Shown piece by piece: positions 36,098 through 49,674 of a DNA stretch of 64,000 bases. How positions within the stretch are numbered: the stretch's first letter is position 1; each line of letters begins with the position of its first letter. The notes under the pieces are model-generated. The model did no database searches, had not been told where the DNA came from, and saw only the letters and a list, made by a program, of their open reading frames with translations. The translations under genes and the position numbers were made by a program. Origin of the DNA: Heterodontus francisci (taxonomy: Eukaryota); the NCBI RefSeq assembly GCF_036365525.1, contig NC_090395.1, positions 61,331,805-61,395,804 on the forward strand, written 5' to 3'.

Positions 36098-36337
36098 GGT
36101 GGCCTTAAATATTAAGTAGGAATTTAAAAATCAATTGATTTAGATCTTTCTTCTGTAAATAACCAACATTCAGGTTGCCCCTTGCTCATGACTGATGAGC
36201 CATTTTAAGATGACAATTGCTTTAAGCCATGTAATGTATAAAGTATTATTCCTCTGTTGCTAAACTTGCCTGTCCCTTTAAAGTCATTAAATGTAATTGT
36301 TGTAACTAAACAAAGATCGAGGTTAGAATTTCATTAC

Positions 36338-36675
36338 TGCAGAAAATGCTGGAAATACTCAGCAGGTCATGAGTCATATATGGCACATAAGGAGGCTATT
36401 TGGCCCATTGAGTCTATGCCAGCTCTCCACAGAGCAATCCAGTCAGTCCCACTCCCCCACTCCAACCCCCGACCACCCTCGTGTGCAGTGAGTTCCAGGT
36501 CATTATCACTTGTTGCGTAAAAAAGTTCTTACTCACATCTGCCAGGACCCCTCACGTGACCTGAAACATTAACTCGATTTCTCTCACCACAGATGCTGCC
36601 AGACCTGCTGAGTATTTCCAGCATTTTGTGTCTTTATTTCTGATTTCCAGCATCTGCAGTATTTTGCTTTTATAT
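36338..36675 (+). mobile_element. Penelope terminal repeat with a short inverted arm enclosing a CR1 3' fragment
   Basis: Inverted arm gaaaatgctggaaatactcagcaggtc (36341-36368), CR1 minus fragment 36370-36555, then gacctgaaacattaact...gtattttgctttta. Confidence 0.65.
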
Positions 36676-38689
36676 TAAAATGTAATTGTTTGGTGAGGGA
36701 AATTTGCCAGATGGAAGGTGCTTGTAAGTCTATGGCTCCAGGTCAGAAAATAAAACATGAATTATTTTCTTTCTATATTGGTATTTTGAAGTGTGATGTC
36801 CGAAATGTAACAGACACTCCAGATAGATTATTTGTGGAGTTATACTTCAACTATCTAGTAAATATGTTGTGAAAACGTTGTTTGTATTTTAAAAGCTCCA
36901 AAGACCCAATGCTATGACTTACGACTAACTGTTGTATCCTTATTACTATGCCATTGTAACCAAGACTTAAACTATTGGATTTTGCAATAGCAATAAATGC
37001 AAAATCACCCTAATTCCCAATACTTATGCAAGTGAACTGTGCAGTGACTTGGAGCATACATAAAAGCTCAGCACCTTTGTACTTCAAGCCTTCAGTTCCC
37101 CAGTAAATCACCATTCTAAGCAGATTATAGTCAGCGAGATTCTTTAAGGGCATTTTTCAGTGACTAGGTAATACTTCAGAGTTTAATTATAACACAGAAT
37201 GACAGCTATTGACTGGCAGAAACATAATTCATTGATTCCCCTTGGTTGTCAAGATGGGCTTTGAAAAATGAAGTCAATACAAAGAATGCATTTCAAATGC
37301 CAGCCTTGGCATGGCTTTAGTATGTAGACATTTTTTTAGCAATATGACCTGCAGATAGTAGCATTGTTTTGGAAAATCATGACACTGAACAACCTTTGAA
37401 GTACCCTTCAACATAAACCAAAGCCTTTTTAAAAAAAAAAAGTGATCTCGGAGTGAATTTGCCCAGAGTTTTGCTCTCTCCACCACAACTTTGGCAGAGC
37501 CAACGGGATTTGTGCCTAATGTCTGCCAACGGAGTGAAAGAAGCCAAGAGGATTCTTTTCCGTTAATGTTATTAGCACATGTCAAAATGAGAAATGTCAC
37601 TGTTGTGGAACTAGACACTTTCTCAATTTAGGAATCCAATAGAAAACATAAGCCAGTCCTAAGCCATAGGACAGATGCAAAGCACATTTCTTTTTTACTG
37701 TGGTGTAACCAAAATCTCAGAAAAGATACTTCCAACAACACTAGTGACATTTCTATTTCCCCCCCCCCCCCGGATATTCCAGGAATTAGATTGAGAATGC
37801 CAGGCCCATTTTCAGCTAGAAAGCTTACAATCACAAAAAGAGAATCAGTCCTCAGTCTTGGGTGGATTTGACATTGTTCCAATGCTAAAATTATAGTTTT
37901 CTGCTGCCTTGGCCCCTCATCCAAGTCATTGTTAAATATCTGTGTGAACAGGATAATTATTTGAATCTACATTAAAGATGCTACTGATTTGAAAAGGGTG
38001 AACTTGCTGAAAGGTAGATGGGAACACACAATGCTGGGAAATTAGGAACATGTTTGCAAGATATTTTGAATGATTTTTATGCTATTTTAACCTTGCATGA
38101 TGACACCAATACCAAATAAAGCCATGGTCTTAGAGCACTAATGTACTGTCCTATACAGCCACAGGATGCAGCTTCCTCCTATGGCTTTAGTTGTGCCATT
38201 AGCTGAGGTATTAAACAGAAATCAAGCACTTTTCATAGAGAGAAACAAGGTACAGAAGGCAATCTACCTACTCTAGTGCACATGAAATATTGTCAGAGTT
38301 GTCTGCCTATTTCCTTAACTAATGAATAGTACATAGCAAAGAGAAACTTAGAGAGAAGTTTAAAAATAAGAGAGAGAGAAAACAATGCTGGTCTTTTTCT
38401 CATCTGTCATGATGGTGCCATAAAAAGTTTGCTACACAACAAAAAGGGCATAGTCAGAAATTAACCTGTATATCATTTCATTGTTGTTGTTTCCAGCATG
38501 GCTGTTGCACTGGTGAACTTGTTGCTCATGTTAAATATCATTAGAACTCTGCTCTTAAACATTTACAAATTATTACATTGGACATTTCCAATTGTTATAA
38601 CACTATACAATTCATAAGAAGTTACCATCAAATAGCTTCCGAACAAAGCCATGTTCATGGCTTTTTGATTTCTTTGAAAATCACTCCTT

Positions 38690-39330
38690 TCTGCTGCAGT
38701 TGATGGCTCATCCTCATTTTCCATTAACTCAGGAATTCTCTAGAGATGGCCCCATTCACCTATTGTCCCTTCACATCAATAGCATCCTATACTCATGTTC
38801 AAACTCTATCCTCTCTTTTGCTGATAATTCCATTTTAAACTCAGTTACTTCCTCCAGCTAACACACCTTCAGTGTTGAAAAAAAAAAGTCAGTGTAATGG
38901 CTGAATCTCAAATCACCTCTTTCTCATTCTTCAAAGGCAGTTTTTCTTTTAAATGACTCTTACAAATTGTAACTGTTCAGTCTTATTTCTCCAGTCTTAA
39001 CCCTTTTTCATTAATCAATGTGGTTCCATTCTTAACATCACCTTCTTCAACTTTAAAAAAAAAGAGAACATTTACAATTCTAACACTACCTCCAAGATTC
39101 TCCTGCTCAACAACTCCTAATTTTATAGCCAATATCCATCCAACACACAAACCCTGCTTAAATATCAGGGAAGATTTGCAAAAACAAAAACCTCATCAGC
39201 TGACAAGCAATCTTGTCCAACCACTCACATCAAACCTGTCTCTACTTAATTATTACTTCTATAACCTCCAGTACTTCTTTTCCCAAAACTTGACAACTAG
39301 CAACAGCCTCCCTACAATTCTTTCCTTACT
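38690..39330 (+). mobile_element. Highly decayed L2-like ORF2 fragment
   Basis: Pyrimidine-rich sequence with L2-style motifs (tccatttt..actc, acattacaa, cctcatcagct...tcttgtcc). No intact ORF. Confidence 0.3.
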
Positions 39331-39704
39331 CCAGTAAACTTCAGACTTTTAAATCTCAAGCTTGGTATCAGCTCATTACACTCCAGGCCTTAGCCTTTTA
39401 CTTTGGTTTTTAAATTAATGCAACTGGTAGTGAATTGATAATTAACAAGTAGCAGATCACTGGCTACATATTAATTAATCTAGTGTCATCAGGCTAACTA
39501 AGCAGCTGAAACTGGTTTGTGAGCTAATTTGTTGGGTGTATAAAAAGAGTAGCAGACATATGTCCTAAACTATACAGTTTATAAAACACCAAAATTTCTA
39601 AAATGAACATTTAACTAGAATGGGAATCAGGTACATAAGGGAAAAACAAGTGCAGAATAGTTTGTTTGACATTTCACTAGGTAAGGAGTATAAACTTGTA
39701 ATTT

Positions 39705-41545
39705 AAAGATACAAAGGGAAGTGAGAGCAGAACTTGTGGAGGCACTGGCTATAATTTTTCAGTCTTCCTTAAATTCAGGGGTAGTGTCAGAGGACCAGAG
39801 AATTACAAATATTACACCCTTGTTCAAAAAAGGGTATAAGGATAAGCCTAGCAACTACAGGCCAGTTAACTTGACCTCAGTGGAGGAGAAGCTTCTAGAA
39901 GCAATAATTTGGGACAAAATTAATAGTCACTTGGGCAAATGTGGGTTAATTAGGGAAAGCCAGCATAGATTTATGAAGGGCAAATTGTGTTTAACTTGCT
40001 GGAGTTTTTTTGATGAAGTAGCAGAGAAGGTTGGTCAGGCCAATACTGTTGGTGTGTACATGGACTTCCAAAAAGCATTTGATAAAGTGCACAACAGATT
40101 TGTGAGTAAGATTATAGCTCATGGAATAAAAGAGGCAGTAGTAACATAGATACAAAATTGTCTGAATGATAGGAAACAAAGTAATGCTTAATGGCTGTTT
40201 TTCAAACCGGAGGAGTGTTTGTAATTGAGTTCCCCAATGGTCAGTGTTGGGACCCTTGCTGTTCCTGGTATATATTTATGACCAGAACCTTGGTGCACAG
40301 GGCACAATTTCAAAATTTGCAGATGATACAAAACTTGGAAACATTGGGAACTGTGAGGAGGATAGTGTGGAACTGCAAAAGAACATAGACTGGTTGGTGG
40401 AATGGGTAGACAAGTGGCAGATGAAATTTAATACAGAGAAGTGTGAAGTGATTCATTTTAGATTAGATTAGATTAGAGATACAGCACTGAAACAGGCCCT
40501 TCGGCCCACCGAGTCTGTGCCGAACATCAACCACCCATTTATACTAATCCTACGCTAATCCCATATTCCTACCAAACATCCCCACCTGTCCCTATATTTC
40601 CCTACCACCTACCTACACTAGTGACAATTTATAATGGCCAATTTACCTATCAACCTGCAAGTCTTTTGGCTTGTGGGAGGAAACCGGAGCACCCGGAGAA
40701 AACCCACGCAGACACAGGGAGAACTTGCAAACTCCACACAGGCAGTACCTGGAATCGAACCCGGGTCCCTGGAGCTGTGAGGCTGCGGTGCTAACCACTG
40801 CGCCACTGTGAAGAACCCAGGAAGACAATATAAAATAAAAGATGCAATTATAAACTGAGTGCAGGAACATGGGGATCTGGATGTATATGTGCATAAACCA
40901 TTGAAGGTAACAGGACAGGTTGAGAGAGTGGGATATTGCATCCTAGGCTTCATTAATAGGGGCATAGAGTACAAAAGCAAGGAAGTTATAGTAAATGTAT
41001 AGAACACTGGTTTGGCCTCAACTGGAGTATTGTGTCCAGTTCTGGGAGCCATACTTTAGGAAAGATATGAAGAGGTTAGAGGGTGCAGAAAAGATTCATG
41101 AGAATATTCCAGGGAGGAAAAACATTGGTTACATTGGATCGGTTGGAAAAGCTGGGACTCTACCCTGGTGAAGAGAAGGTTGAGAGGAGATTTGATAGAG
41201 GTGTTCAAAATCATGAAGGGTTTGGACAGAGTAGATAGGGGAAAAACTAATCCAATTAGTGGGAGGACTGAGAACATGAGGTCACAGATTTCAGGTAATT
41301 GGCAGAAGAAACAATGGCGACCTGAAGAAAAATGTTTTTACACAGAGTGGTTAGGATCTGGAATGCACTCCTTGAGTGTGGTGGAGGCAGGTTCAACTGA
41401 GGCATTCAAGAGGGAATTGCAAGAATGTGCAAAGTTACGGGGAGAAGGTGGAGAGTGGCACTAGGTAAATTGTTCTTTCGGAGAGTCAGTGCAGACATGT
41501 TGGGTTGAATGGCCTCCTTCTGCGCTGTAACAATTCTGTGACTCT
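39705..41545 (+). mobile_element. CR1 RT/3' fragment interrupted by an HE1 SINE
   Basis: NYRPVNLTS, MDFQKAFDKV, SKFADDTKL, RRLRGDLIEVFKIMKG and a CR1 3' terminus at about 41500-41545. Confidence 0.9.
40458..40810 (-). mobile_element. HE1/V-SINE-type SINE (young)
   Basis: Nearly identical to 53971-54324, with a (ttaga)n tail. Confidence 0.92.
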
Positions 41546-42056
41546 GATTCTGTGAGCTAAGATGTGTCCAAAGAATAACAACCCAGGAAGGGACAATGAT
41601 GTGTGATTTCTGCAGAATGTGGGTGGTTTCAGAAGCCAGTGTTGATTTGGACAAAACAGCATTTATTTTGAAGTGATAATTATGGTGAGGGGGCTGTGGG
41701 GAAGTACAATGGAAGTGGTGTATATGAACTTTTTGGAGTACCTTGACAATATAGCACATAGACTTTCATAAAAGGTTAAGGGGTATGGAATTTGAGGAAG
41801 GAAAAAAAATTAGATTTAAAAACTTGTTAAAACAGTTGTTTAAGGCCATTTCTCTGTGTTGATGTGGGCAGTGGTTTTGTTTGACTGCTTCTGTTCACTA
41901 TATTATGTATGGCCTCCTACTGTGCTGCAAATTTCTATGAAAAAAAAATTCTATAAAATCAATGTTTCTATGCCTACACCCAGATCATTGATATTCAAGT
42001 TTGTCTGTGATCCTAAAATGGGAAGCATCGTAAATAATTATAAGCATCCATTAAGT

Positions 42057-42430
42057 ATCATGAAAATTCTAACAGGACTGGACAGACTAGATGCAGGAAG
42101 GATGTTGCTGATGGTGGGTGAGTCCAGGACAAGGGGTCACAATCTAAGGATAAGGGGTAAGCCATTTAGGACTGAGATGAGGAGGGATTTCTTCACCCAG
42201 AGAGTGGTGAACCTGTGGAATTATCTATCACAGAAAGCAGTTGAGGCCAAATCATTAAATATATTCAAGAAAGAGTTGGATATCGTTCTTGGAGCTAAAA
42301 GAATCAAGGGACACGGGGAGAAAGTGGGAACAGGATACTGAGTTGGACGATCAGCTATGATCATATTGAATGGTGGTGCAGGCTCAAAGGGCCGAATGGC
42401 CTACTCCGCTCCTATTTTCTATGTTTCTAT
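42057..42430 (+). mobile_element. CR1 3' fragment
   Basis: KILTGLDRLDAGRM...SRTRGHNLRIRGKPFRTEMRRDFFTQRVVNLWN and a ttctatgtttcta tail. Confidence 0.88.
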
Positions 42431-43411
42431 ATAGATCGGCTGGTAAGATGGGCGGATCTGAGGCGGATGGAGTTTAATCCTGAGAAGTGTGAGGTGATGC
42501 ATATTGGCAGGACTAACAAGGCAATGGAATATACAATGGATGGTAGGACCCTAGGGAGTACAGAGGGTCAGTGGGACCTTGGGGTGCTTGTGCATAGATC
42601 ACTGAAGGCAGCAGCACAGGTAGATAAGGTGGTTAGGAAGGCATACGGGATACTTGCCTTTATTAGCCAAGGCATAGAATATAAGAGCAGGGAGGTTATG
42701 ATGGAGCTGTGTAAAATGCTAGTTAGGCCACACTGAAGTACTGTGTACAGTTCTGGTCACCACACTATAGGAAGGATGTGATTGCACGGGAGAGGGTGCA
42801 GAGGAGATTCATCAGGATGTTGCCTGGGCTGGAGCATTTCAGTTATCAAGAAAGACTAGATAGGCTGGGGTTGTTTTCCTTGGAGCAGAGAAGGCTGAGG
42901 GGGATCATGATTAAGGTATACAAAGTTATGAGGGGCATTGATAGAAAGAAACTTTTTCCCTTAGCGGAGGGGTCAGTAACTAGGGGACATGGATTTAAAG
43001 TAAGGGGCAGGAGGTTTAGAGGGGAGTTGAGGAAAAATCTTTCACCAAGAGGGTGGTTGGAATCTGGACCACACTGCCTGAAGGGGTGGTAGAGGTAGGA
43101 ACACTTAGAACATTTAAGAAGTATTTAGATGAGCACTTGAAACACCATAGCATACAAGGCTACAGGCCAAGTGCGGGAAAATGGGATTAGTTAGGACGGG
43201 TGCTTGATGGTTGGTGCAGGCGAGTTGGGCCGAAGGGCTGTAAACCGTGGCGCGGAGTCAACTCCCCCTTGGCCCCTTTATTCCCTTCACCCACTTGATC
43301 CTGGCCGTCACGTGGGACTAAGTCCTGTTAATTCAGGCTCAGTCTGGGTGTTTGGGATATCGGGGTTACAGGAGAGCCACCCTCCACCTAATCCACCGGC
43401 TACAGTTAATG

Positions 43412-43606
43412 TAAAAGCAAAATACTGCGGATGCTGGAAATCTGAAACAAAAACAAGAAATGCTGGATTCACTCAGCAGGTCTGGCAGCATCTGTGGAAA
43501 GAGAAGCAGAGTTCCGAAGAAGGGTCACTGACCCGAAACGTTAACTCTGCTTCTCTTTCCACAGATGCTGCCAGACCTGCTGAGTGAATCCAGCATTTCT
43601 TGTTTT
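43412..43606. mobile_element. 195-bp Penelope mini-insertion forming a perfect hairpin
   Basis: 14-bp TSD ggctacagttaatg at 43398-43411 and 43607-43620. 64-bp perfect inverted arms 43450-43513 and 43543-43606. Confidence 0.92.
43510..43546 (+). ncRNA. Minimal type I hammerhead-ribozyme-like motif
   Basis: AGTT-CCGAAGA-A-GGGTC act GACCC-GAAAC-GTT-AACT. Palindromic AACGTT helix III as described for Penelope hammerheads; the core has C in place of the usual U4. Confidence 0.65.
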
Positions 43607-45504
43607 GGCTACAGTTAATGGCTCAGTACAAAGAGGAGGAAACTCAGTCCTTTCTTTAACTATCAATTTACTTTATTCACGTTGTTGTACAATGTAAGAA
43701 TAATGCTTATACACCTGGTTAGACAAAAGCATGCAACTCAAACTGGGTTATACAGTTAATAACAAAGCTAGCTAGAATTGATAAGCACACCCACTAGGTT
43801 CCTCTGACCTTTCCCTGACCTAGTCACAGAAAACAAAGGATAATACCCAAAAAAAGGGGAGAGCTGACGCTGGCCAGGCGTTCCGTTCCCTCTCTCTTTT
43901 ACATCGTCGCCGCGTTGCTCACGCAGGGTCTTCCACTTCCGCGATGGTTGGTCTCCAGAGTTTCTCGCTGGCTCTATGCCTGAGATTCTCCATACTTATT
44001 CTCTTTCTTATCTCTTCAAAACTGTACTGTCTCTTTCCGGTTGGTTTAGGCCTGCTCACCTCGTTCGTATCTTCTCCTTATTGTCCCAGGCCCGAAGACC
44101 CCGGTATCACACCGTGTCCAAATAAGGCTCTATTCCTGTGATCTCTCCCTTGTCTTTCACATAAATTAATTAGTTCAAACTGGTTTTTACCAGCACAGGC
44201 CAGTGTCTGAGCTCGGGTTACTTTGGTTCATGAACTATCCAGCAATTTGTAACAGACTCTGTACTTCTTGCAGCCCCTGGCCAACAAGGCCTGTTTCTGT
44301 GCTGTAAAACTCTAACTCTAAGTTGCAAGAGATATTGATAAGCTGGTGGAATAGATAGGCAGAAATAAGTCAGTTTGTTACACTTAGCTTGGATGACTGA
44401 AGAGCCGAGGGATTTGAAGGTTTAAGTTTGATATTAAAAGTGACATCAACTTGACATGATTTTTAAAAGTGAGTTAATGGAATATTGCTTTTATGGAAAG
44501 TGATATATAATAGCAAAGTTGAGATGTACTGAGGAACCTATACAAAACCTTAGTGAAACAAGAGTTAAACTCCACTTTACAGAAAGGATGCTGAGATAAT
44601 AGAGTCTAGTGAAGATTAACAAGGCTGTTGTCTAGAATGAGAAAATAGACATTAAGAATGACTTGGGTGGCGGGGGATAGAATTGAGGCTTTTATTGTTG
44701 GGACAGATGGTATTAAAGGATGGTTGGATAGTAATGTTTCAGATTATGAAGGGATGGGACAAGATAGCTATAAACAGTTTCCAGTGGTCAAGGGGACATG
44801 GGTGTAAGATTAAACCTGAGAGGTTAGAACTCTGTCCCTAATAAGTTCCAATGGAAAGTTACAAACTCTTGCTGAAGTAGATGTCTGGAACAGTCATCAA
44901 ATTATGAAAATAGTGACTTATTTATTGGTAGCCCAGAACAGTTTTTCAAATGCTGGAATTTCCTTCCGGGCTTCTGCTGTTGTAACTTTAAAAACCCATT
45001 TCAATGGGGGTTTCTGCTGATTGTGGACAGTAGCTCCAGGGAACTTAATGCTGCAAGTCTTTTTGTGCTCCGAGCAACCAATATGACTAACTTTGTGAGA
45101 CACTTGTCTCCAGCTGAGAATCTTGCTTCTCAAAATAAAATCTGTTTACCGACCAGTAACTGTCTGAATGGTAGATGTCTTTAAATCTTCTTGTTAGAAG
45201 GTTAGAAGTTCAAGGACCCCAGCTGCTGCTTGTTGTTTCAACTCACAACTGGGTCGCAGAAGGGAAGATGTCAGATTGACTTTCCCTGTTGAATAACTCC
45301 TGGTAAGGATCCATCAAATATCCACTTTGGAGGCTGCAACAGAGAAATCCATGTTCCAGACTTCTTAACTTCTGTCAACAGACAGCAATAACAGACTAAG
45401 TAATAACTAAGGAATGTGGTCAGAAAATAAAATGTCCAAAATTGCCACAGGTATATTTTGCAATGTTATAAAGTGAAAATGGTTCCAAGTATTGACTATA
45501 AATG

Positions 45505-45845
45505 TCAGTGTTGGCTCAGTGGTAGCAGTCTGGCCTCTGAGTTATGTGATCAAGCCACATTCCAGGGTTTATGCACATAATCTAGACTGACACTTCAGTG
45601 CTGTACTGAGGAAGTTAGTTCTTTCAGATGTAATGTTAAACCACATCCCTGTTTTCTATCTTGGGTGAGCTATTCTTTCAACAGCCTGTTCAACATTTAT
45701 CCCTTAACCAAAACTACCAAAAACAGGTTATCTCATTACTGTGAAATTGACAGCAGAGTTTCTCTAAATTTAAGTACTTCATTGGCTGTAAAGCAATTGG
45801 ATTATTCTGAGATTGTGCATGGTGATATATAAATGCAAGTTCTTC
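45505..45845 (+). mobile_element. Deu-domain-type SINE
   Basis: gtcag..ttggctcagtggtagca..ct.gcctctgagt head, caacatttatccct core and gatatataaatgcaagt tail. Confidence 0.65.
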
Positions 45846-46049
45846 CTTCTAGAAATTAATTATTGGTAAATATTGGAAATCATTGTGGTATTTATTAATT
45901 TCTCTGAGGGGAGAATTAATAAGCAACTGATCAACCCTTGAGCTAATTTGTTTTGCTAAGCATTTTTTCTTAGAGAATCTTGATTTAAACAGTGATGAAC
46001 ATCCAAATTATTCCCAAGACAATCACTGTCCTTTTTTTCCCATTAGAGA

Positions 46050-46460
46050 GGAACCCTTGTATTGGACAAACATGTGTCAAAACCACAAAGATCTGATAAA
46101 ATTTACTAGGTAAAGGATTTGCCTGGTAACCCTATTAAATCCCATTCCAGAACTTACTCTCCAGGATGAGGATGCAGGCTGCTTTTTCCATTAATGGTGT
46201 AATGTTTATCAGGGAATTTGGTAATGTCTGTCTGGACCTTTTGAAATCCACTGAAAAATTATCCTTGGCAATTTGCAAATCTGCTTTGTATTAAATGTAC
46301 TAAGTACAATTTTGAAACTCTGCAATACCTTTTGCGAGCAAGGCTCTGGGTGTGGAGTCTGGATCACAATATTGTCCCTATTTAGGATTATAGTCTACCT
46401 CAGACTCGTGCTTCTATTTAGCAAGGTTCCACATCTTGCCTTGCAAAGGTCCATGTGTCC
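46050..46460 (-). mobile_element. Decayed CR1 RT fragment
   Basis: Reverse strand contains ggatttcaaaaggtccagac (DFxKAFD-like) and ggaagattatcc-like motifs. Confidence 0.4.
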
Positions 46461-47029
46461 AGCATTTTATACCTTTTTGAAAAGCACACACATACAACAG
46501 AGGAGTGCAGAGAAGAATAATGCATGCAAAGGAGGTGAGTTATGAAGAAAGATTATGAAAGCTCAAGAAAAATGATAGTTGGTTTGGGGGGGTGTTGTAA
46601 CCTCTTAATACCTTGTATGATTTTAGGGTTACATAAATAAGGTAAACTCAGAATAAATTACTGCATATCAAGATGGGGACAAATCAAAACAAAACTTGAT
46701 ATGGATCATAAATTAGGAGTAATCTTCCAGGAAAAATAATGAGGAAAAAAAATTAGGGATGCTGTAATAGAGATAAATACATTTCATGGGCCAAGTGGCC
46801 TTATCTTGATTTTTCATTTATGCAAATTTTTAAAAATATTACTTGGTTAAAATTTCTGCTCATCAGATGGAAAATGTTAGTTTTTGGTGTAGGGTCTCTT
46901 GCCACTTACCCACCCCTTACCGAAGCCCAGAGAGCATTGGCAAGGTTGAGGGACCATCGCATGTGGATGGGGTACTTCTGGGGGAGTTTAACCAGCTTTA
47001 ACTGTGCAACTTATTAATACAGAATGCTG

Positions 47030-47510
47030 ACAACCTATGCATTGATAAGGATGTCAATCAATTTTCTGGTGCATGGGTGACAGTAGTGTCCTCCTTTTGT
47101 GGATGGGGAAAATAGGCCAATTCTGATTGTGGTAGTTTGTTCAAGTAGAAGGAAGGAAGCTGGCAAGAAAAGAAATGGGGAGATTGAACCTCAAGATGAT
47201 AAAGCTGTGAATGAGAGTTTTAGCAGCAGCAAGGGAGAGGTAGGCACTGAGGCAGGCAATGGCGAAAGAAGGTGGCAATTAATCAGATTGAAGAAAGAAT
47301 TTGATCTCCAGATCAAACAATGCACCCAAGGTTCCACAGCTTCAGACTTGACCTGAGGTGAAAGGCAAGTGTAGACAAACACATTGCGTACTGATTTGGC
47401 TAAGGTTGACGTTGATGGTATCTGTAGTGATATTTGTAGGTCAAACAGTTGCACACTCATCACTGAGGATGATCATATTAGCCCTGAATTGAGAATGTGC
47501 AATAGTGGAA
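47030..47510 (-). mobile_element. Decayed L2-like fragment
   Basis: aaacaatgcacccaaggttcc and purine-rich antisense L2 ORF2 character. Confidence 0.35.
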
Positions 47511-48016
47511 TTAATGGAGGGAAATAGAGTGGCTATAATAGTTTTGACTGTTAATTATAGCCCATTCCAACTTCAGAGGCATACTCCCATTCAACTATTA
47601 AACTGACTAGGCAGGTGCATTAACTTTTTAGTTTTCCGTGATATATGCACATCCTGAATGTCATTCATGGATCATGCTTTTATTGGATTTATCCATCCAA
47701 GAATTATTAGTTTTGTTTTAGATTATTTTGCTAAATAAATTGCGAGCAATTGTTCTGCCCAATACGTATGTTTTGTTCTAGTTCATGTCCATTTGACAGC
47801 AAAGAAATAGGCCGAGGTTGTGACTTTACAGAATTTCATAAACTGCTTGTTGCAATTGTGTATATATTAAAACTTAGTGATAGTAATTTCACAATTTTCT
47901 TTACGCGAGCAATACCATGTTTTAAGATGAATGAAATTGCAGTTCATAAATATAGAAAAATTAGTGTTTAGAACTATATTGTCAAAAAAAGAACAAGTTT
48001 ATTTCATGAAGTTGTG

Positions 48017-48357
48017 AGCGGCACAGTGGTTAGCACCGCAGCTTCACAGCTCCAGCGACCCGGGTTCAGTTCTGGGTACTGTCTGTGCGGAGTTTGCAAG
48101 TTCTCCCTGTGACTGTGTGGGTTTCCACTGGGTGCTCCAGTTTCCTCCCACAGCCAAAGACTTGCAGGTTGATGGGTAAATTGGCCATTGTAAATTGCCC
48201 CTAGTGTAGGTAGGTGGTAGGAGAATTGAGGGAAGTTGGGGATGTGGTAGGAAATATGGGATTAATGTAGGATTAGTATAAATGGGTGGCTGATGGTCGG
48301 CATAGACTCGGTGGGCCGAAGGGCCTATTTCAGTGCTGTCTCTCTCTCTCTCTCTCT
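48017..48357 (+). mobile_element. HE1/V-SINE-type SINE ending in (CT)n
   Basis: gcggcacagtggttagcaccgcag...gggttcagttc...V-domain...gggccgaagggcctatttcagtgctgt. Confidence 0.9.
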
Positions 48358-49674
48358 GACTCTAATACATTGGGTTGTCTTGAGGCAATAAGTTCAATAG
48401 TGGCAACTTTGTTTGAGTACTACTATAGTTGGACTATTTATGCAAAAAAAAACCTTGAGAATAAAGACGATGGTTTATCATGTTCATCCATACTGACTAG
48501 GACAGTCCCAACCTGTTCTCATTTCAGCTGGGATGGGACTCGACTCATTTAAAATTGGCCTTAATATTCATAGATTAGAGAGAAAAATATCAGCTTGGAT
48601 CCTATGATTTCCTGAGCACTACCCAGTGATCCATGAGCAATATTAGATGAGAACGGGGAATGATTTTGAATGTGATGCACAGTGAATAGACTCTCAAAAG
48701 TCAGTCAAGATACGTACATAAATAATGAGTGAAGCATCCGTAATTTCAACTAAAAATGCAGTGGGCGGGGGGTGGGGGGGTGCAATTACATCACCAGACA
48801 GTAACTTTAACCTTTTTAATTAGACCTCCACCTGCCTGGGGTATGCACTTGACATACAGTCAGAAACCAGTGATTTAAAATGATGGGAGGGGAGGAGGGT
48901 GTGGCGCCCCCATAGGCAATTACAATCCTTTGCCCTTTTTATTCCCAACTGTTGTTCTTATTACACATCTGAGTTAAGTTAAAACTTTATATTCTTTATC
49001 TAGTTTAATATCAATGATAAGATAAAATTCACTCTGATATTTTCTGTAATGTTTCTGCTGCCCTTTCAAAGACAAGTAAATTAAATTTGCTGCTTTATAT
49101 CAGATTGCCACGCCCTGCTGCAGCTTTAGCTCCGTCTTTGCTGTCAACACAAGTTGCAAATAACTTCATGGCTGTGTCCTCCCTGCATCCAAAACAATAT
49201 ACTTAATATTTCTGCACTAACATCAATCCATGCATGGTGATATAACATTTTCTGATTTTAATTAATACTTGCACATCACTTCAAAAACATTGTGAAACAT
49301 AAGGCACCAAGGGAAGTGCAGATGGAGCCAAGTAAACTGAAACTAAAATTGAATGTGTTTGAGGCCACCCAGGAGAATATGCTAAGCATTTAGTCATTTC
49401 TGCATCCGTTAACCCTTCTATCAACACAAGTCAACCCTTGGATCTGAATGCCAATAGTTTCCAGCTACAAGACCAGAAATGAGGGGTAATAATAATAGAA
49501 AATAGATACTTTCTGGCCCAGATTAGCAGATCTACCAGTCATTTATCTCCACAAGAGCAGATCCCAGCTGATTGACCAGGGTCAGTCTCATTTACATTTT
49601 TTAGCAAGCTGATGGCAGTATGGCTGCTGCTCTTGGGTTGTCCACCTTTGGATGGAGAGGAAGGAAATACCTGC

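Larger units (their letters stand above)
43239..44286 (-). mobile_element. Probable solo LTR (retroviral/Gypsy type) containing a Penelope insertion
   Basis: TG...CA termini (tgtaaacc...ggccaaca), 4-bp TSD with one mismatch (gggc/aggc), and AATAAA on the minus strand at about 43671. Confidence 0.65.
42431..44320 (+). mobile_element. CR1 3' fragment whose terminal hairpin is split by a solo LTR
   Basis: MEFNPEKCEVMH...LFSLEQRRLRG. The terminus gggccgaagggc (to 43238) resumes as (aggc)ctgtttctgtgctgtaaaactcta at 44287. Confidence 0.85.
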
